Notes under the pieces: model-generated
Seen by the model: only the letters and a program-made list of their open reading frames with translations
Told to the model about the DNA's origin: nothing
Databases searched by the model: none
In this document: piece by piece, positions 9,066 through 19,753 of the stretch
Layout of the letters: each line of letters opens with the position of its first letter
Numbering within the stretch: position 1 is the first letter of the stretch
Position numbers and translations under genes: made by a program
Assembly: GCA_965198025.1 (NCBI GenBank)
Contig: OZ240237.1
Location: 473,038-537,037, forward strand
Origin: Terriglobia bacterium
GTDB lineage: Bacteria > Acidobacteriota > Terriglobia > 2-12-FULL-54-10
Direction of reading: 5' to 3'
Length of the DNA stretch: 64,000 nucleotides

Positions 9066-9081
9066 TTCCCATCTGGATCTG

Positions 9082-9408
9082 ATGTCCATCTCGTCCTTCC
9101 CCCGGGCTGAACATTTTGCCCTGCTGCGAAGCGCAATCGAAGAGAGGCTGCAGGACCGAGATCTTTCTCTCGAAGTGACTGAGCGGGGTCTGAATCAGCT
9201 GAAGTGTCAGTACCGATTCGGCTTCCGCGTACGGCTGCCCGTGTTGGATCCCCCGGCTTCACCCATCGACTCCCCAAGCAAGACGAGTGGTGATTGGAAG
9301 GAACTTGCCATCCACTTCCAGACAGCGCAGCGACTGGAAGAAGGCTGTGGTGAGGAGGAACTCAACCGGGTTTTGGACGGCTTTCTGGTCCGCAACTTCC
9401 CCCGTTAG
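9082..9408 (+). CDS. hypothetical protein
   Basis: 108-aa ORF directly downstream of the MauE-like gene. No motif recognised. Confidence 0.35.
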   Translation: MSISSFPRAEHFALLRSAIEERLQDRDLSLEVTERGLNQLKCQYRFGFRVRLPVLDPPASPIDSPSKTSGDWKELAIHFQTAQRLEEGCGEEELNRVLDGFLVRNFPR

Positions 9409-9510
9409 TCCTGAATACGGATAACATCAGAGTCTCTCGGCGGAGCCCGCCCGCCCTGCATGCTGCGTTTGAGAGCCCGCATTTCTAGGAAAAATAAGAG
9501 TTTGGCTTAG

Positions 9511-9539
9511 TTGACATTGGAATGTGATTTCTGTATATT
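9511..9539 (+). promoter_or_regulatory. sigma70-type promoter candidate for rpsA (TTGACA-17nt-TATATT), followed by an approx. 230-nt leader
   Basis: Exact -35 TTGACA at 9511-9516, 17-nt spacer, -10 TATATT at 9534-9539, upstream of rpsA (start 9772). Confidence 0.45.
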
Positions 9540-9771
9540 CTGCATCATCAGTAGGCGATATGGACTGGCACGATCGGAGAGGGTGGAAGGAAACGGGGCT
9601 GGACGTAAAGTCGCTTTGCAGTCAAGTCTGCCGATCTTTCTGAATTCAAGCTTGCTTCCGGTCAGCCGCGACGGTTACCACCGAGAGTCAGTTCTGCACA
9701 GTCAGGAGATCCATCTCGGGTGTTGTGCCGGTTCTGGTAAGTGACCGGATCGAGGGCGTCGGCCCCCGGAG

Positions 9772-11718
9772 ATGTTGGCAATGTCGGAGACTGAAAATGC
9801 TTCGCTGGCGCAGGCTGAGTCCATGCCCGACGAACCGAAGCTGCAAGAACCCAAACTAGAAGAAACCAAGCTAGAAGAGAGCGCGCAGGTAGAAGTATCC
9901 GCCGAGGAGCTTGCACCGGCTTCTGTGCAGGAGGAAAGCGCGCAGGAGTCCGCTGCGGAGCCAACACCGATTTCCAATGAGGAAGAGAGCGCTCGGGAAG
10001 AATCGTCTGCCGAGGAGGAGAAGCCCGGTTCTGGAGAAGGAGAAAGCTTTGGCGACCTGCTGAGTTCTTATTCCGAGCCGTCCCAGCCGGCGACCGGAAA
10101 GCTCATGAGCGGCCGTGTCGTCAAGGTGACTGACTCAGAAGTGATTGTGGACGTTGGCTACAAGTGCGAGGGAGTAATCGCGCTCGAGGAGTTCCGGGAT
10201 GACTGGGGCAATCTCCGCGTTCAGCCCGACGACGCTGTCGAAGTCATGATGGAATCGACGGCAGAGCGCGACGGATACGTTGTCCTCTCGCATCAGAAAG
10301 CCCGGAGGATCAAGGTTTGGGACGACATCGAAAAGGCCCACCAGAACCAGACCCCTATTCCAGCCCGGATCATGGAAAAGATCAAGGGCGGGCTCGCCGT
10401 TGACATCGGCGTGCGCGCGTTCTTGCCGGGTTCGCAGGTCGACGTCAAACTGGTTCGTGATCTGGATGCATTGATCGGTCAGGAGATCCCCTGCCGCATC
10501 ATCAAGCTCAACAAGAAGCGCAGCAATATCGTTGTGTCCCGCAAATCGGTTTTAGAGGAGGAGATTTCCAGGCGTAAGGCGCAGACCCTGGAGGTGCTGG
10601 CCGAAGGAGCCGTGCTGCCCGGGGTTGTCAAGAATCTTACCGATTACGGAGCCTTTGTGGACATTGGCGGGATGGACGGGCTGTTGCACGTTACGGACTT
10701 AAGTTGGGGCCGCGTGGGTCATCCGTCCGAGGTGCTCTCCGTCGGGCAGGAAGTTCAGGTGAGAGTCCTCAAGTTCGACCGGGAGAAGGGGCGGGTTTCT
10801 CTCGGGATGAAACAGCTTGCCCCAGACCCCTGGCTGGCCGTCGAGGAACGCTTTCCGCAAGGTGCCCGCGTTCCTGGCAAGGTCCTGAATCTGACCGATT
10901 ACGGGGCCTTCGTCGAACTGGAGCCGGGCGTCGAAGGGTTGGTGCACGTTTCAGAAATGACGTGGAGCAAGCGCTTGAAGCACCCGTCCAAGATTGTTTC
11001 CCCTGGTGAGAGTGTCGAAGTGGTGATTCTCGACGTGAACCCACAGAACCGACGGATTTCACTGGGTCTCCGCCAGACCGAACCCAATCCGTGGGAGACA
11101 TTGTTGGAGCGCTATCCCGTCGGTTCCATCATCGAGGGACAGGTCCGCAACCTCACAGATTTTGGGGCCTTCGTCGAAGTTGAAGAAGGTATTGACGGCT
11201 TGGTTCACGTTTCGGACCTTTCCTGGACCCGTCGGGTCAAGCGCCCCTCGGAAGTGCTCAAGAAAGGGAATACGGTTCGCGCCGTTGTCTTGAATATTGA
11301 TCCCGAGCAGCACCGTCTGTCTCTGGGCATCAAACAGCTCGAAACCGACGTCTGGGAGACCTTTTGTTCGGAGCATCAGGTTGGGGATACTGTAACGGGG
11401 CAAATCGTTCGAAAGGCTTCCTTCGGAGTGTTCGTCCAGTTGGTTGAGGGTATTGAAGGTTTGTGTCATATCTCTGAGCTTTCATCCGAACCTGTGGACA
11501 AACACTCGCTTCCGTTCGAGGTGGGGCAAGAGTGCTTTTTTCGAATCATCCGTCTCAGCCCCGAGGAAAAGAAGGTCGGTCTGAGCCTTAAGGCACTGCA
11601 GGAGGAGCAGAAGACTCGCGAGCCGGAGAAGATTCCCCCGGCTCACTCCTCATCTGGCGCCACGACGACCATTCAGGAAGTCATGGCTATGAAGGAGCGG
11701 GCAGCGCCCAAGAATTAG
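9772..11718 (+). CDS. rpsA: 30S ribosomal protein S1 with approx. 100-aa acidic N-terminal extension
   Basis: 648 aa with six S1-domain repeats (VVKVTDSEVIVDVGYKCEGVI..., VVKNLTDYGAFVDIGG..., etc.). The N-terminus is E/S/A-rich low-complexity. Confidence 0.9.
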   Translation: MLAMSETENASLAQAESMPDEPKLQEPKLEETKLEESAQVEVSAEELAPASVQEESAQESAAEPTPISNEEESAREESSAEEEKPGSGEGESFGDLLSSYSEPSQPATGKLMSGRVVKVTDSEVIVDVGYKCEGVIALEEFRDDWGNLRVQPDDAVEVMMESTAERDGYVVLSHQKARRIKVWDDIEKAHQNQTPIPARIMEKIKGGLAVDIGVRAFLPGSQVDVKLVRDLDALIGQEIPCRIIKLNKKRSNIVVSRKSVLEEEISRRKAQTLEVLAEGAVLPGVVKNLTDYGAFVDIGGMDGLLHVTDLSWGRVGHPSEVLSVGQEVQVRVLKFDREKGRVSLGMKQLAPDPWLAVEERFPQGARVPGKVLNLTDYGAFVELEPGVEGLVHVSEMTWSKRLKHPSKIVSPGESVEVVILDVNPQNRRISLGLRQTEPNPWETLLERYPVGSIIEGQVRNLTDFGAFVEVEEGIDGLVHVSDLSWTRRVKRPSEVLKKGNTVRAVVLNIDPEQHRLSLGIKQLETDVWETFCSEHQVGDTVTGQIVRKASFGVFVQLVEGIEGLCHISELSSEPVDKHSLPFEVGQECFFRIIRLSPEEKKVGLSLKALQEEQKTREPEKIPPAHSSSGATTTIQEVMAMKERAAPKN

Positions 11719-11881
11719 GTTGATTTTTTCTGATTTTCTCCTGCCGAATCGGGGGCTGGGGGAACCGGAATCTGTTGCATCTTGCTGCCCAGCAAGGGCA
11801 TACTACCCCTTGAGCCCAACAGCTGAATAGCAGACTCGCAAGGAAGCCCGTTCTCGCGGGAACCTTCTCGGAAGAAGGGAA

Positions 11882-12199
11882 ATGACTATGACGAAGGCTG
11901 ATCTGATTGACGAAGTTTCCGGCGCCGTGGAGATGACTCGTAAGGACTCAGAACTCATTGTAGAAACTATTTTTGAAAGCATCGTCGGGGCCCTGCGCGC
12001 CTCCGATAAGATCGAGATCCGCGGATTTGGTAGCTTCCGCACGCGACAACGCCAAGCGCGCGTCGGGCGTAACCCCAAGACCGGCGCCCGCGTGGAGGTT
12101 CCTCCCAAGAAAGTTCCATATTTCAAGCCCAGCAAAGACTTGAAGGACCTCATCAACGGTTCGAAGACGGAACCGAAGGTCGCCACCCCCCCGATGTAG
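11882..12199 (+). CDS. IHF/HU-family DNA-binding protein (IhfB-like by position downstream of rpsA)
   Basis: RGFGSFRTRQRQARVGRNPKTGARVEVPPKKVPYFKPSKDLKD is the canonical HU/IHF arm. The rpsA-ihfB linkage is conserved in many bacteria. Confidence 0.8.
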   Translation: MTMTKADLIDEVSGAVEMTRKDSELIVETIFESIVGALRASDKIEIRGFGSFRTRQRQARVGRNPKTGARVEVPPKKVPYFKPSKDLKDLINGSKTEPKVATPPM

Positions 12200-12245
12200 A
12201 CGTACGAGCTTCCGCCGAGCGGAAACCCGGGAAATTCCAAGCAGC

Positions 12246-12722
12246 ATGGATTATCTGTGGAGTCCGTGGCGGTACCGGTACGTGACCCAAGCCGTGCCGC
12301 AAGAAGGCTGTGTCTTTTGCAACAAGATGCAGGAAGACGACGACGAACGGAACCTGGTTCTCTATCGCGGCGTCAACAACTTCGTCCTGCTCAATCTGTT
12401 CCCCTATACCAGCGGCCACCTGATGATCGCGCCCTACACGCACATCGGTCGGCTCTGTGACGCCGACGATGCCACCTGGAGGGAGATGATGTCGCTCACT
12501 CGCGCGGCCGAGCAAGCTTTGCAGAAGGCATACAAGCCCGACGGGATCAACCTGGGGATGAATCTCGGCAAGAGTGCCGGAGCCGGTATCGCCGACCATA
12601 TCCACATGCACGTCCTGCCGCGCTGGCACGCCGACTCCAACTTTGTCAGCGTCATCGGCGAAACGCGCGTCCTCCCCGAAGCTCTCGAAGATACCTACAA
12701 GAAGCTGAAGCCTCTGTTCTGA
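12246..12722 (+). CDS. HIT-family (histidine triad) hydrolase/nucleotidyltransferase
   Basis: HIHMHVLPR histidine-triad motif near the C-terminus. Confidence 0.7.
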   Translation: MDYLWSPWRYRYVTQAVPQEGCVFCNKMQEDDDERNLVLYRGVNNFVLLNLFPYTSGHLMIAPYTHIGRLCDADDATWREMMSLTRAAEQALQKAYKPDGINLGMNLGKSAGAGIADHIHMHVLPRWHADSNFVSVIGETRVLPEALEDTYKKLKPLF

Positions 12723-12918
12723 AGTATCATGCCGGAATCGGCCGGAACTGCCTCTGAGTCATTTGTTTCATTGCGAATACTTCTCGGCAGGTTGGAAAAT
12801 CTCTTTGAAACGGTCGAACCGGAAGCTGCCCATTTCCGTGTCTATGGTCACAGGATAAGAGAGATCATCCGGCTTGGCTGTATGGAGGCGGAGTCCTCCT
12901 GGGTGGCTGTTCTCAGAG

Positions 12919-13668
12919 CTATTTTCTTGGCGGCTGGCTTGGGCGCATCTCGACCCGGCTGATCATGATCTTGGGGTCGGTACGGAGCAGGTCAATTACG
13001 ACTTGGCCGACTTCATCCGCATCGATCCGCCAGGTCGATTTGCAGCCTGACCTTGTACCTGCACTGGTGTGTCCTCCCGGGTGGCCGAAGTCTGTTTCGA
13101 CGCTCCCCGGCATGATGTAGCTCACGCGGATGTTCTGATAGCGCAGGTCGAGCATGGCTGCTTCGCTGAAGCCGTTCAGTCCGAACTTCGAGGCATTGTA
13201 AGCGGCCCCCCCTGCGAAGGCGTTCTTCCCAGCCAAGCTGCTGATGTTGAAGATGTACCCTCCACCCCGGCGTTTCATCCGGGGCACGGCGGCCCGCAGT
13301 CCGTAGAAGCACCCGTGCAGGTTTGTTCGGATCACGTCGTCCCACTCTTCGGGAGACAGCTGATCAATCGGGCCGAACACGCCGATCCCGGCATTGTTCA
13401 CCAGGATGTCCACGCCGCCGAAGGCTTCCTCGGCGCGCGCCACCAGCCGTTCCACTTGGCTGCAATCCCGCACATCGGTTGTCAGCGCCTCAGCGTGAGA
13501 CGGCGCCAGCTTGTTGAGTGAACTGGCTGTCTTCGTCAGGTCTTCCGTGTTGCGCGATCCGATGGCGACACGCGCGCCGTGCCGCACCAGCGTCTCCGCA
13601 ATCGAGTAGCCGATCCCCCGGCTGCCACCTGTGACCACTGCCACTTTGCCTTCCAGATTCGGGTCCAT
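12919..13668 (-). CDS. SDR-family oxidoreductase (short-chain dehydrogenase/reductase)
   Basis: VAVVTGGSRGIGYSIAE Rossmann TGxxxGxG motif. NNAG, and a YxxxK-like catalytic region (YNASK). Confidence 0.8.
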   Translation of the reverse strand: MDPNLEGKVAVVTGGSRGIGYSIAETLVRHGARVAIGSRNTEDLTKTASSLNKLAPSHAEALTTDVRDCSQVERLVARAEEAFGGVDILVNNAGIGVFGPIDQLSPEEWDDVIRTNLHGCFYGLRAAVPRMKRRGGGYIFNISSLAGKNAFAGGAAYNASKFGLNGFSEAAMLDLRYQNIRVSYIMPGSVETDFGHPGGHTSAGTRSGCKSTWRIDADEVGQVVIDLLRTDPKIMISRVEMRPSQPPRK

Positions 13669-13842
13669 GAATCACCTCACGCGAATATGATTTCCTAACC
13701 TGCAACGAACTCCATTGTGGGCGCATCCAAACACCAGCGGCAACTTTGATCCAATCCGCCGCCGAGTCGCGGGCCGAGTCTAATATATTGACATAGTTTG
13801 ATTTGACCCGTTGCGAGTCCGATAGTTATGTTATAAGGACTT

Positions 13843-16179
13843 ATGGCAATCCGGTTCAATCCACGACCGTTTCGCTGGCTGGTGCTTGCGGGGATGATAG
13901 CGGTCCTGGGGGCCACGCTGTCGAGCTTTCTGACGCGCACCCGGGAACGCCCGCAGACTCGTTCCGCTCCGGCGCCGATTGCCCCCCAGGTAAGCCAGCA
14001 GACTCAGGCGTTTTCGCTCTCGAAATCATCCGGGGATCACACGCTCTACACTGTCGAGGCCAACGAGGTCACCCACTTCGATGACAAGGTTGTTCTGCGC
14101 GGTGTCTCGATTCTGCTTTACGGCAAGGACAGCGACCGAAGGGATGTCATCGAGACTGAGGAGTCCGAATTCGATCCGAATGCCAAGTCTCTCCTCATCC
14201 CCGGTGAGGTCACCATGAAGCTGGGGATTCCCCCGCCGGACCATCCCCCAGCGAGGAGAGAGGTAACTCCGGGCAACGGACCGGACTCGGTTTCCATTGT
14301 GACCACCGGTCTGGAGTTTGACCAAACCACCGGGGTCGCTTCGACCGACCAGGTGGTCCGATTCCGGTTTGCGCAGGGCCAGGGAACGGCCCAAGGCGCT
14401 CGGTATGATCCAGAGAGCCAGCAGCTCACGCTGCGGTCCGGGGTCCACTTTGTATTGAGTGAACCCGGTGACTCCGACCCCACCCATGTCCGCACCGGCA
14501 GCCTGCGCTTCCAGCGTGGTGATTCGATCGTGTATCTTGCCGAGCCCGTCGAGCTCACCCGCGCCTCGCGCGTTCTACGGGCGGGGAATGGCGAAATTCA
14601 GCTCGATGAGAGCCGTCGAGCCCGCCGTATCCGGTTGGAAGGAGGCGTGATCGGTTTGGACCGGAGCGACGGCCAATCTGCCGAAGTGCGCGCCCGCCGG
14701 GGCCTTCTGGAGCTCTCCGAGAGCGGCCGCCTCAGTTCTTTACGCCTTGAGGAGAAGGTCGAATGGTCTTCTGCCGATTTCAGACCCGACAGCGGCCCGC
14801 TACGGCAGGGACACGCTCAGACGGTCCAGCTATTCTTCAACCGTCCGTCCGGCTTGCTGGAGCGCATCATTGCTGAGCGGGATGTTCGTATTGTGCTCCA
14901 CGATTCCCCAGGCGCGCTCTCGCCGACTCGGCTGTCTTACTCCACGACGCCTGGGTTGCAGAGCCTTTCATCGGACCGGGTCGAAATGACGATGGCCCCG
15001 GATGGCGCGGTCTTGCAACGAGTTTCCGCGCGTCCGCATTCGACGTTGGAACTCCTGCCCTTTCATTCAGAGGAGCCGCGGTGGCGGATCACGGGAGAGG
15101 AATTCCAGATGAGCTTTGATCCCTCCGGCAACCTCACCCGATTCGCCGCCGAGGGGAAAGTGCAAGCGATCGGCGAAATGCAATCAAGACCTTCCGGCCG
15201 ACAGCTTTCGACCAGCGACCATCTTTTCGCCACGCTCGACCCTCGAACGCGCTCTATCAGCCGGATTGCGCAATGGGGCCATTATCAATACCAGGATGCG
15301 GGCAAACAGGCGCGCGCTGACCGCGCCGAGTACTCTACGGGCGGAGAAATCACCCTCCGAGGGAAGGGGTCGGTTTGGAATCCCACGGGAAAGCTTTCCG
15401 CTAACCGGATCACCCTGAGTGATTCTATTGGCCAGATTCGGGCGGAAGAGAACGTTTCAACGACTTTTTTCTCGGTGACATCTTCCGGGATCGACCCCAG
15501 GAACCCGGTGCACGCTGTGGCCGATCGGTTGCAATATGACTCAGAATCGGAAAGAGCGCAGTACGAGGGCCGCGTTCGACTTTGGCAGGGCAACAATCTG
15601 CTGCAGGCCGACCGCGTGAACCTCGACCGGCGGAAGCGCCAGATGGATGCATCGGGGAAGGTGTACAGCGTGATTCCTCAGCAAGTTTCTGTTGGCGCTA
15701 GCGGCCCCCAGTCGGCTCCTGCAGCCGCGTCGGGGCAACCAGGGACGGGGAAACCCGTCGAAATTCGCTCCGAGCAAATGCTTTATAGGGAATTGGAAAG
15801 GCGAGTGGTCTATCAGGGGAAAACACGCATGCTCAGTGGATTCTCTGCAGTAAACTCGGAACAACTGGAAGTATTCCTGGTGCCTTCCACGGCTTCCACC
15901 GCCGAAGGCGAAACGGCGAAGATCGACCATGCAATTGCCAGCGGGGAAGTCGTGATCCGCGATTCCGCAGACCCTGGACGCAAAGCAACTGCCGAGCGAG
16001 CCGAATACTTTCCAGAGGAAGCCTTGTTTCATCTGTTTGGAAAGCCGGCGGTTGTCTGGGAACCACAGCGAGGCAGCACGCAGGGCGTTCGATTGACGTA
16101 CCGAATGGCCGATGATAGGATTTTGGTGGAAGGTGAGCCGGGCCTCCCCGCAGAAACCCGGCGGCAGGTACGGCGATAA
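13843..16179 (+). CDS. large periplasmic LptC/LptA (OstA)-like LPS-transport protein with repeated OstA-like modules
   Basis: 778 aa. N-terminal TM anchor, then repeated motifs (ADRAEYSTGGEITLRGKGSVW..., ADRLQYDSESERAQYEGRVRLWQGNNLLQADRVNLD..., AERAEYFPEEALFHLFGKPAVVWE...) typical of LptA/OstA_N. Lies immediately upstream of lptB-rpoN, as lptC-lptA usually do. Confidence 0.5.
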   Translation: MAIRFNPRPFRWLVLAGMIAVLGATLSSFLTRTRERPQTRSAPAPIAPQVSQQTQAFSLSKSSGDHTLYTVEANEVTHFDDKVVLRGVSILLYGKDSDRRDVIETEESEFDPNAKSLLIPGEVTMKLGIPPPDHPPARREVTPGNGPDSVSIVTTGLEFDQTTGVASTDQVVRFRFAQGQGTAQGARYDPESQQLTLRSGVHFVLSEPGDSDPTHVRTGSLRFQRGDSIVYLAEPVELTRASRVLRAGNGEIQLDESRRARRIRLEGGVIGLDRSDGQSAEVRARRGLLELSESGRLSSLRLEEKVEWSSADFRPDSGPLRQGHAQTVQLFFNRPSGLLERIIAERDVRIVLHDSPGALSPTRLSYSTTPGLQSLSSDRVEMTMAPDGAVLQRVSARPHSTLELLPFHSEEPRWRITGEEFQMSFDPSGNLTRFAAEGKVQAIGEMQSRPSGRQLSTSDHLFATLDPRTRSISRIAQWGHYQYQDAGKQARADRAEYSTGGEITLRGKGSVWNPTGKLSANRITLSDSIGQIRAEENVSTTFFSVTSSGIDPRNPVHAVADRLQYDSESERAQYEGRVRLWQGNNLLQADRVNLDRRKRQMDASGKVYSVIPQQVSVGASGPQSAPAAASGQPGTGKPVEIRSEQMLYRELERRVVYQGKTRMLSGFSAVNSEQLEVFLVPSTASTAEGETAKIDHAIASGEVVIRDSADPGRKATAERAEYFPEEALFHLFGKPAVVWEPQRGSTQGVRLTYRMADDRILVEGEPGLPAETRRQVRR

Positions 16180-16263
16180 GGCAATGCTCTTTCTCGATGT
16201 GGCCTTCAGTGGGGGGAAGGCTTCCCGCCGAGGAGCAACCCGGCTTGGACGTGACCGGAAACA

Positions 16264-16986
16264 ATGCTCCAGACCAGCGAGCTGACTAAAACCTATAAGG
16301 GCCGCAAGGTCGTCGACGATGTTTTTCTAGAAGTGCATCGGGGCGAGGTTGTGGGTTTGCTCGGGCCGAACGGAGCTGGAAAGACCACTACGTTTTACAT
16401 TATGGTGGGGCTGACGCCGCCAGATGCCGGCCGTATCCTGTTGGACGGACAGGATATAACTCGATTGCCCATGTACCAACGAGCCCGCCTTGGCATCGGC
16501 TACCTCCCGCAAGAGCCTTCAGTCTTCCGCAAGTTGACGGTGGAGGAAAACCTGCGCGCCGTGCTCGAGACGCTGCCCTTGCCTCGCCGGGAACGCCGGG
16601 AACGGCTGGAGGCGCTGCTCGACCAGTTCGGCCTGGGGCTTGTGCGTTCCAGCCGAGGCTACGTCTTGTCAGGTGGGGAACGCAGGCGAGTCGAGATTGC
16701 CCGCTCCCTGGTAACCTCTCCGCATTTTATCCTCCTCGATGAGCCCTTTTCGGGAATCGATCCCATTGCCGTGCTCGACATTCAGCGTCTGGTGGCGCAA
16801 TTGCGGGACTCCGGTATTGGCGTGCTGATTACCGACCATAACGTGCGCGAAACACTGAAAGTGACCGACCGGGCCTATATCATCAATAATGGCCGCATCT
16901 TCCGCGACGGCAGGCCGGAAGAGCTGGGTAAGGACCCGGAGGTCAAGCGAGTCTATCTGGGAGAAAGCTTCGTTTTGGAGAATTGA
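16264..16986 (+). CDS. lptB: LPS export ABC transporter ATP-binding protein LptB
   Basis: Walker [13 protein letters not shown] signature [15 protein letters not shown]. Conserved position before rpoN. Confidence 0.85.
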   Translation: MLQTSELTKTYKGRKVVDDVFLEVHRGEVVGLLGPNGAGKTTTFYIMVGLTPPDAGRILLDGQDITRLPMYQRARLGIGYLPQEPSVFRKLTVEENLRAVLETLPLPRRERRERLEALLDQFGLGLVRSSRGYVLSGGERRRVEIARSLVTSPHFILLDEPFSGIDPIAVLDIQRLVAQLRDSGIGVLITDHNVRETLKVTDRAYIINNGRIFRDGRPEELGKDPEVKRVYLGESFVLEN

Positions 16987-18578
16987 TCGCCATGGGCATT
17001 CTCCAACCTCGCCTCCATCTCAAAGTCGCCCAGAAACAGATCCTTACGCCGGGCCTCGTTCAGATGGTCAGCATCCTGGCGCTGAACAAGCTGGAGCTCA
17101 AAGAAATGATCAATCAGGAAATCATGGAGAATCCCATCCTGGAGGAATTCTTGGACGATGTACCGCCCACTTCAGAGGAGTTTGCCGAAGGGGAAGAGCA
17201 CGACATTACGCCTGCCGATCAGGAGATTCTCGAAGTCCTCAAGACCAAAGGCGCGGAAGATACCGTGGACGACCTGGACCCGGACGTGTCTACTGCAACA
17301 AGCGAGATCACAGCGAACGTTGGGAAGCAGGCGGATGAAGCTCTGAGCCAGCCGTCCACCTCGACCGAGAACACTCAGGAGGGCTCGGCAGACCCGTTTG
17401 ATGACATTGACTTCGGTTCCTTCTTCGATGATTACCTGGACCCAGGCTACCGGACTTCGGAGTCGGAAGCTGTCGAGCTTCCCTCGTTTGAGAATTTTCT
17501 TTCAAGCCCCACCACGCTGGTGGATCATTTGCGATGGCAGCTGACCATGGATCAGTCCGATCAGGGGCTGGAGCGGGCCCTGGAATCGATTCTTGGCAAC
17601 CTGGACGAGAATGGATACCTGACTGCGTCGCTCGAAGAAATCGCTGCCAGCGGCGGCGGCGAATGGGACGACCTGGAAAAGGCCCTTCCTTTGGTGCAGG
17701 AGTGCGATCCGCCCGGAGTCGCCGCGCGCGACCTGCGTGAATGCCTGCTGATCCAGCTTCGCATGCTGCAATTGGAAGGCACGACCGCTTGGAAGATAGT
17801 GAACGATCATCTCAAGCTGCTGCAGAACAGGCGATACAAAGAGATCGCGAAAGCGACCAGAGAGACCATCGAAGCGGTCGAGGCCGCCGTAGAGACCATC
17901 CGAAGCCTCGACCCGTTTCCCGGGCAGCGCCATAACAAGGGGCAGGCGCGCTGGATCGAGCCGGACGTCTTCATTGTGAAGTCAGGCGACGAGTACGCGG
18001 TTACGGTCAATGAGGACGACCTGCCGCAGCTCCGCCTCAACCCGGCCTACCGCCGCCTGCTGGACCGCGGGAACTCCACCAAGGAAGTCCGGAACTACGT
18101 CAAAGAGCGCTACACCTCCGCGATGCACCTGCTCAAGAACATCGAACAGCGCAAGCAGACGATCCTGCGCGTCTGCAACGTCGTAATCGGGCGGCAGCGC
18201 GACTTTCTCGATTACGGCGTAGATTACTTGAAGCCGATGATGATCAAGGAAGTGGCCGAGGAAATCGGGGTACACCCTTCGACCGTGAGCCGCGCCGTCG
18301 CGAACAAATACACGCACACGCCGCAGGGCGTCTTCGAGCTGCGGTATTTCTTCTCGGAAGCCGTCGGCGGCCCCTCGGGAAGAGAGCTGCCCCTGCTGAT
18401 CCTGAAGCGCAAAGTGAAAAAGATGATCGAGCAGGAAGACAGGAACGATCCGCTCACCGATGATCAGATCACCCGGATCTTGCAGCGGCAGGGCATCGCA
18501 GTCAACCGGCGCACCGTGGCCAAGTACCGCGCCGACATGAGAATTCCCAGCACCCACCAGCGGCGCAACCGGCGCTGA
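16983..18578 (+). CDS. rpoN: RNA polymerase sigma-54 factor
   Basis: N-terminal Q/L-rich region, acidic region, and C-terminal RpoN box ARRTVAKYR. 531 aa. Confidence 0.9.
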   Translation: MIAMGILQPRLHLKVAQKQILTPGLVQMVSILALNKLELKEMINQEIMENPILEEFLDDVPPTSEEFAEGEEHDITPADQEILEVLKTKGAEDTVDDLDPDVSTATSEITANVGKQADEALSQPSTSTENTQEGSADPFDDIDFGSFFDDYLDPGYRTSESEAVELPSFENFLSSPTTLVDHLRWQLTMDQSDQGLERALESILGNLDENGYLTASLEEIAASGGGEWDDLEKALPLVQECDPPGVAARDLRECLLIQLRMLQLEGTTAWKIVNDHLKLLQNRRYKEIAKATRETIEAVEAAVETIRSLDPFPGQRHNKGQARWIEPDVFIVKSGDEYAVTVNEDDLPQLRLNPAYRRLLDRGNSTKEVRNYVKERYTSAMHLLKNIEQRKQTILRVCNVVIGRQRDFLDYGVDYLKPMMIKEVAEEIGVHPSTVSRAVANKYTHTPQGVFELRYFFSEAVGGPSGRELPLLILKRKVKKMIEQEDRNDPLTDDQITRILQRQGIAVNRRTVAKYRADMRIPSTHQRRNRR

Positions 18579-18592
18579 CTTGTGCCGTATTC

Positions 18593-19681
18593 CTAATTGT
18601 TGGCGGCTTCTGCCCGGCTGATTTCCCCCGGCGCGTGGCGATAGATGCTGGCGAAGTTCGTCAGGGGGGACTCATCGAGCCACATCAGCTTGGCGGGGTT
18701 GTCCTGGAGCATCGTCCGCACGTCCGCTTCCGTCATGCCGAAGCCGAGCAGCGCGCGGATGAACACGCGCATCCCGTCGATGGAATCGAGATGCAACACT
18801 TGGCCGAAATCGCTCCCGATGATGCAGCGCTCGGGACCGATCTCCTGCATCGTGCGGATTGTCTCCATGGGGTCGGCGATGGGTTGGTAGAGGCTCGGGA
18901 TCATAGGCTGGCAGTACGTCCCTACGTAGACGCCCAGATCGGCTAGTTGTTTCATTTCATCGAGCAGCAGCTTGTTCAATTCGAGTAGCGGATGGTCAAG
19001 CGTGGCCCGGACGCCCAATTCCTTGGCCTTCTTCGCGAGCGGCAGGAGTTCCTGGAAGTCCGTGTGGCCGAAGCCGATGCCGACTTTCTTCGCAGCGGCC
19101 ATTTCCATGATCTGGCAAACTTCCGGCAGCACCACCCCGGCGTCGCTCACCAGGCGAACGCCGCCGCGCTCGGGATGTCCCGCGCCGCGCCAGAACCCGA
19201 GCGATGTGAATGTCGGGAACCAGATCATCTTGCAGTTCGGGTACTGCAGAGCGACCCGGACGGCCTCCGGGTTCATGCCCAGGCAGGTGCCGGTGCCGCC
19301 GTAGACTTCGACGCGGTGGGTCAGCTCGCCCTTTTCGATCAGATGATCGATGTGCCGCTGGACCAGGTACGCAGCGTTGGCGCTGACATTCCAGTGGTCC
19401 TTGAAAGCCAGCGCGCGCATCCCGGCCTTCGAAGCGTCGATCGCGATCTGGATCATGTCCTGCGCCCGGTGCACGAAATCCGGATAGGCATGGATGTGGC
19501 AGTCGATCGCTCCCTGGAGCAGCTCGTTCTCGACACCCGGATGAATCTTGACGATCTCCGGGTTGTCCTTGAGCATCTGGTAGAAATAGTCCTTGGCGTT
19601 CAACTGCCGCACGCGCTCCACAGTGAGTACTCGGCCCACGAGCAACTGTTGCGCTGCTTCGGAATCGGCAAAATCACACAT
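18593..19681 (-). CDS. amidohydrolase-superfamily metal-dependent hydrolase (TIM-barrel)
   Basis: N-terminal metal-binding HxH (CHIHAYPD) and downstream conserved His/Asp residues. 362 aa. Confidence 0.5.
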   Translation of the reverse strand: MCDFADSEAAQQLLVGRVLTVERVRQLNAKDYFYQMLKDNPEIVKIHPGVENELLQGAIDCHIHAYPDFVHRAQDMIQIAIDASKAGMRALAFKDHWNVSANAAYLVQRHIDHLIEKGELTHRVEVYGGTGTCLGMNPEAVRVALQYPNCKMIWFPTFTSLGFWRGAGHPERGGVRLVSDAGVVLPEVCQIMEMAAAKKVGIGFGHTDFQELLPLAKKAKELGVRATLDHPLLELNKLLLDEMKQLADLGVYVGTYCQPMIPSLYQPIADPMETIRTMQEIGPERCIIGSDFGQVLHLDSIDGMRVFIRALLGFGMTEADVRTMLQDNPAKLMWLDESPLTNFASIYRHAPGEISRAEAANN

Positions 19682-19753
19682 GGCAGTTCTCCTTATCTTG
19701 TCTTGTTATCCCGAGGAACGGGGCGACGAGGGATCGAATCTTCGCTTTTTGGT

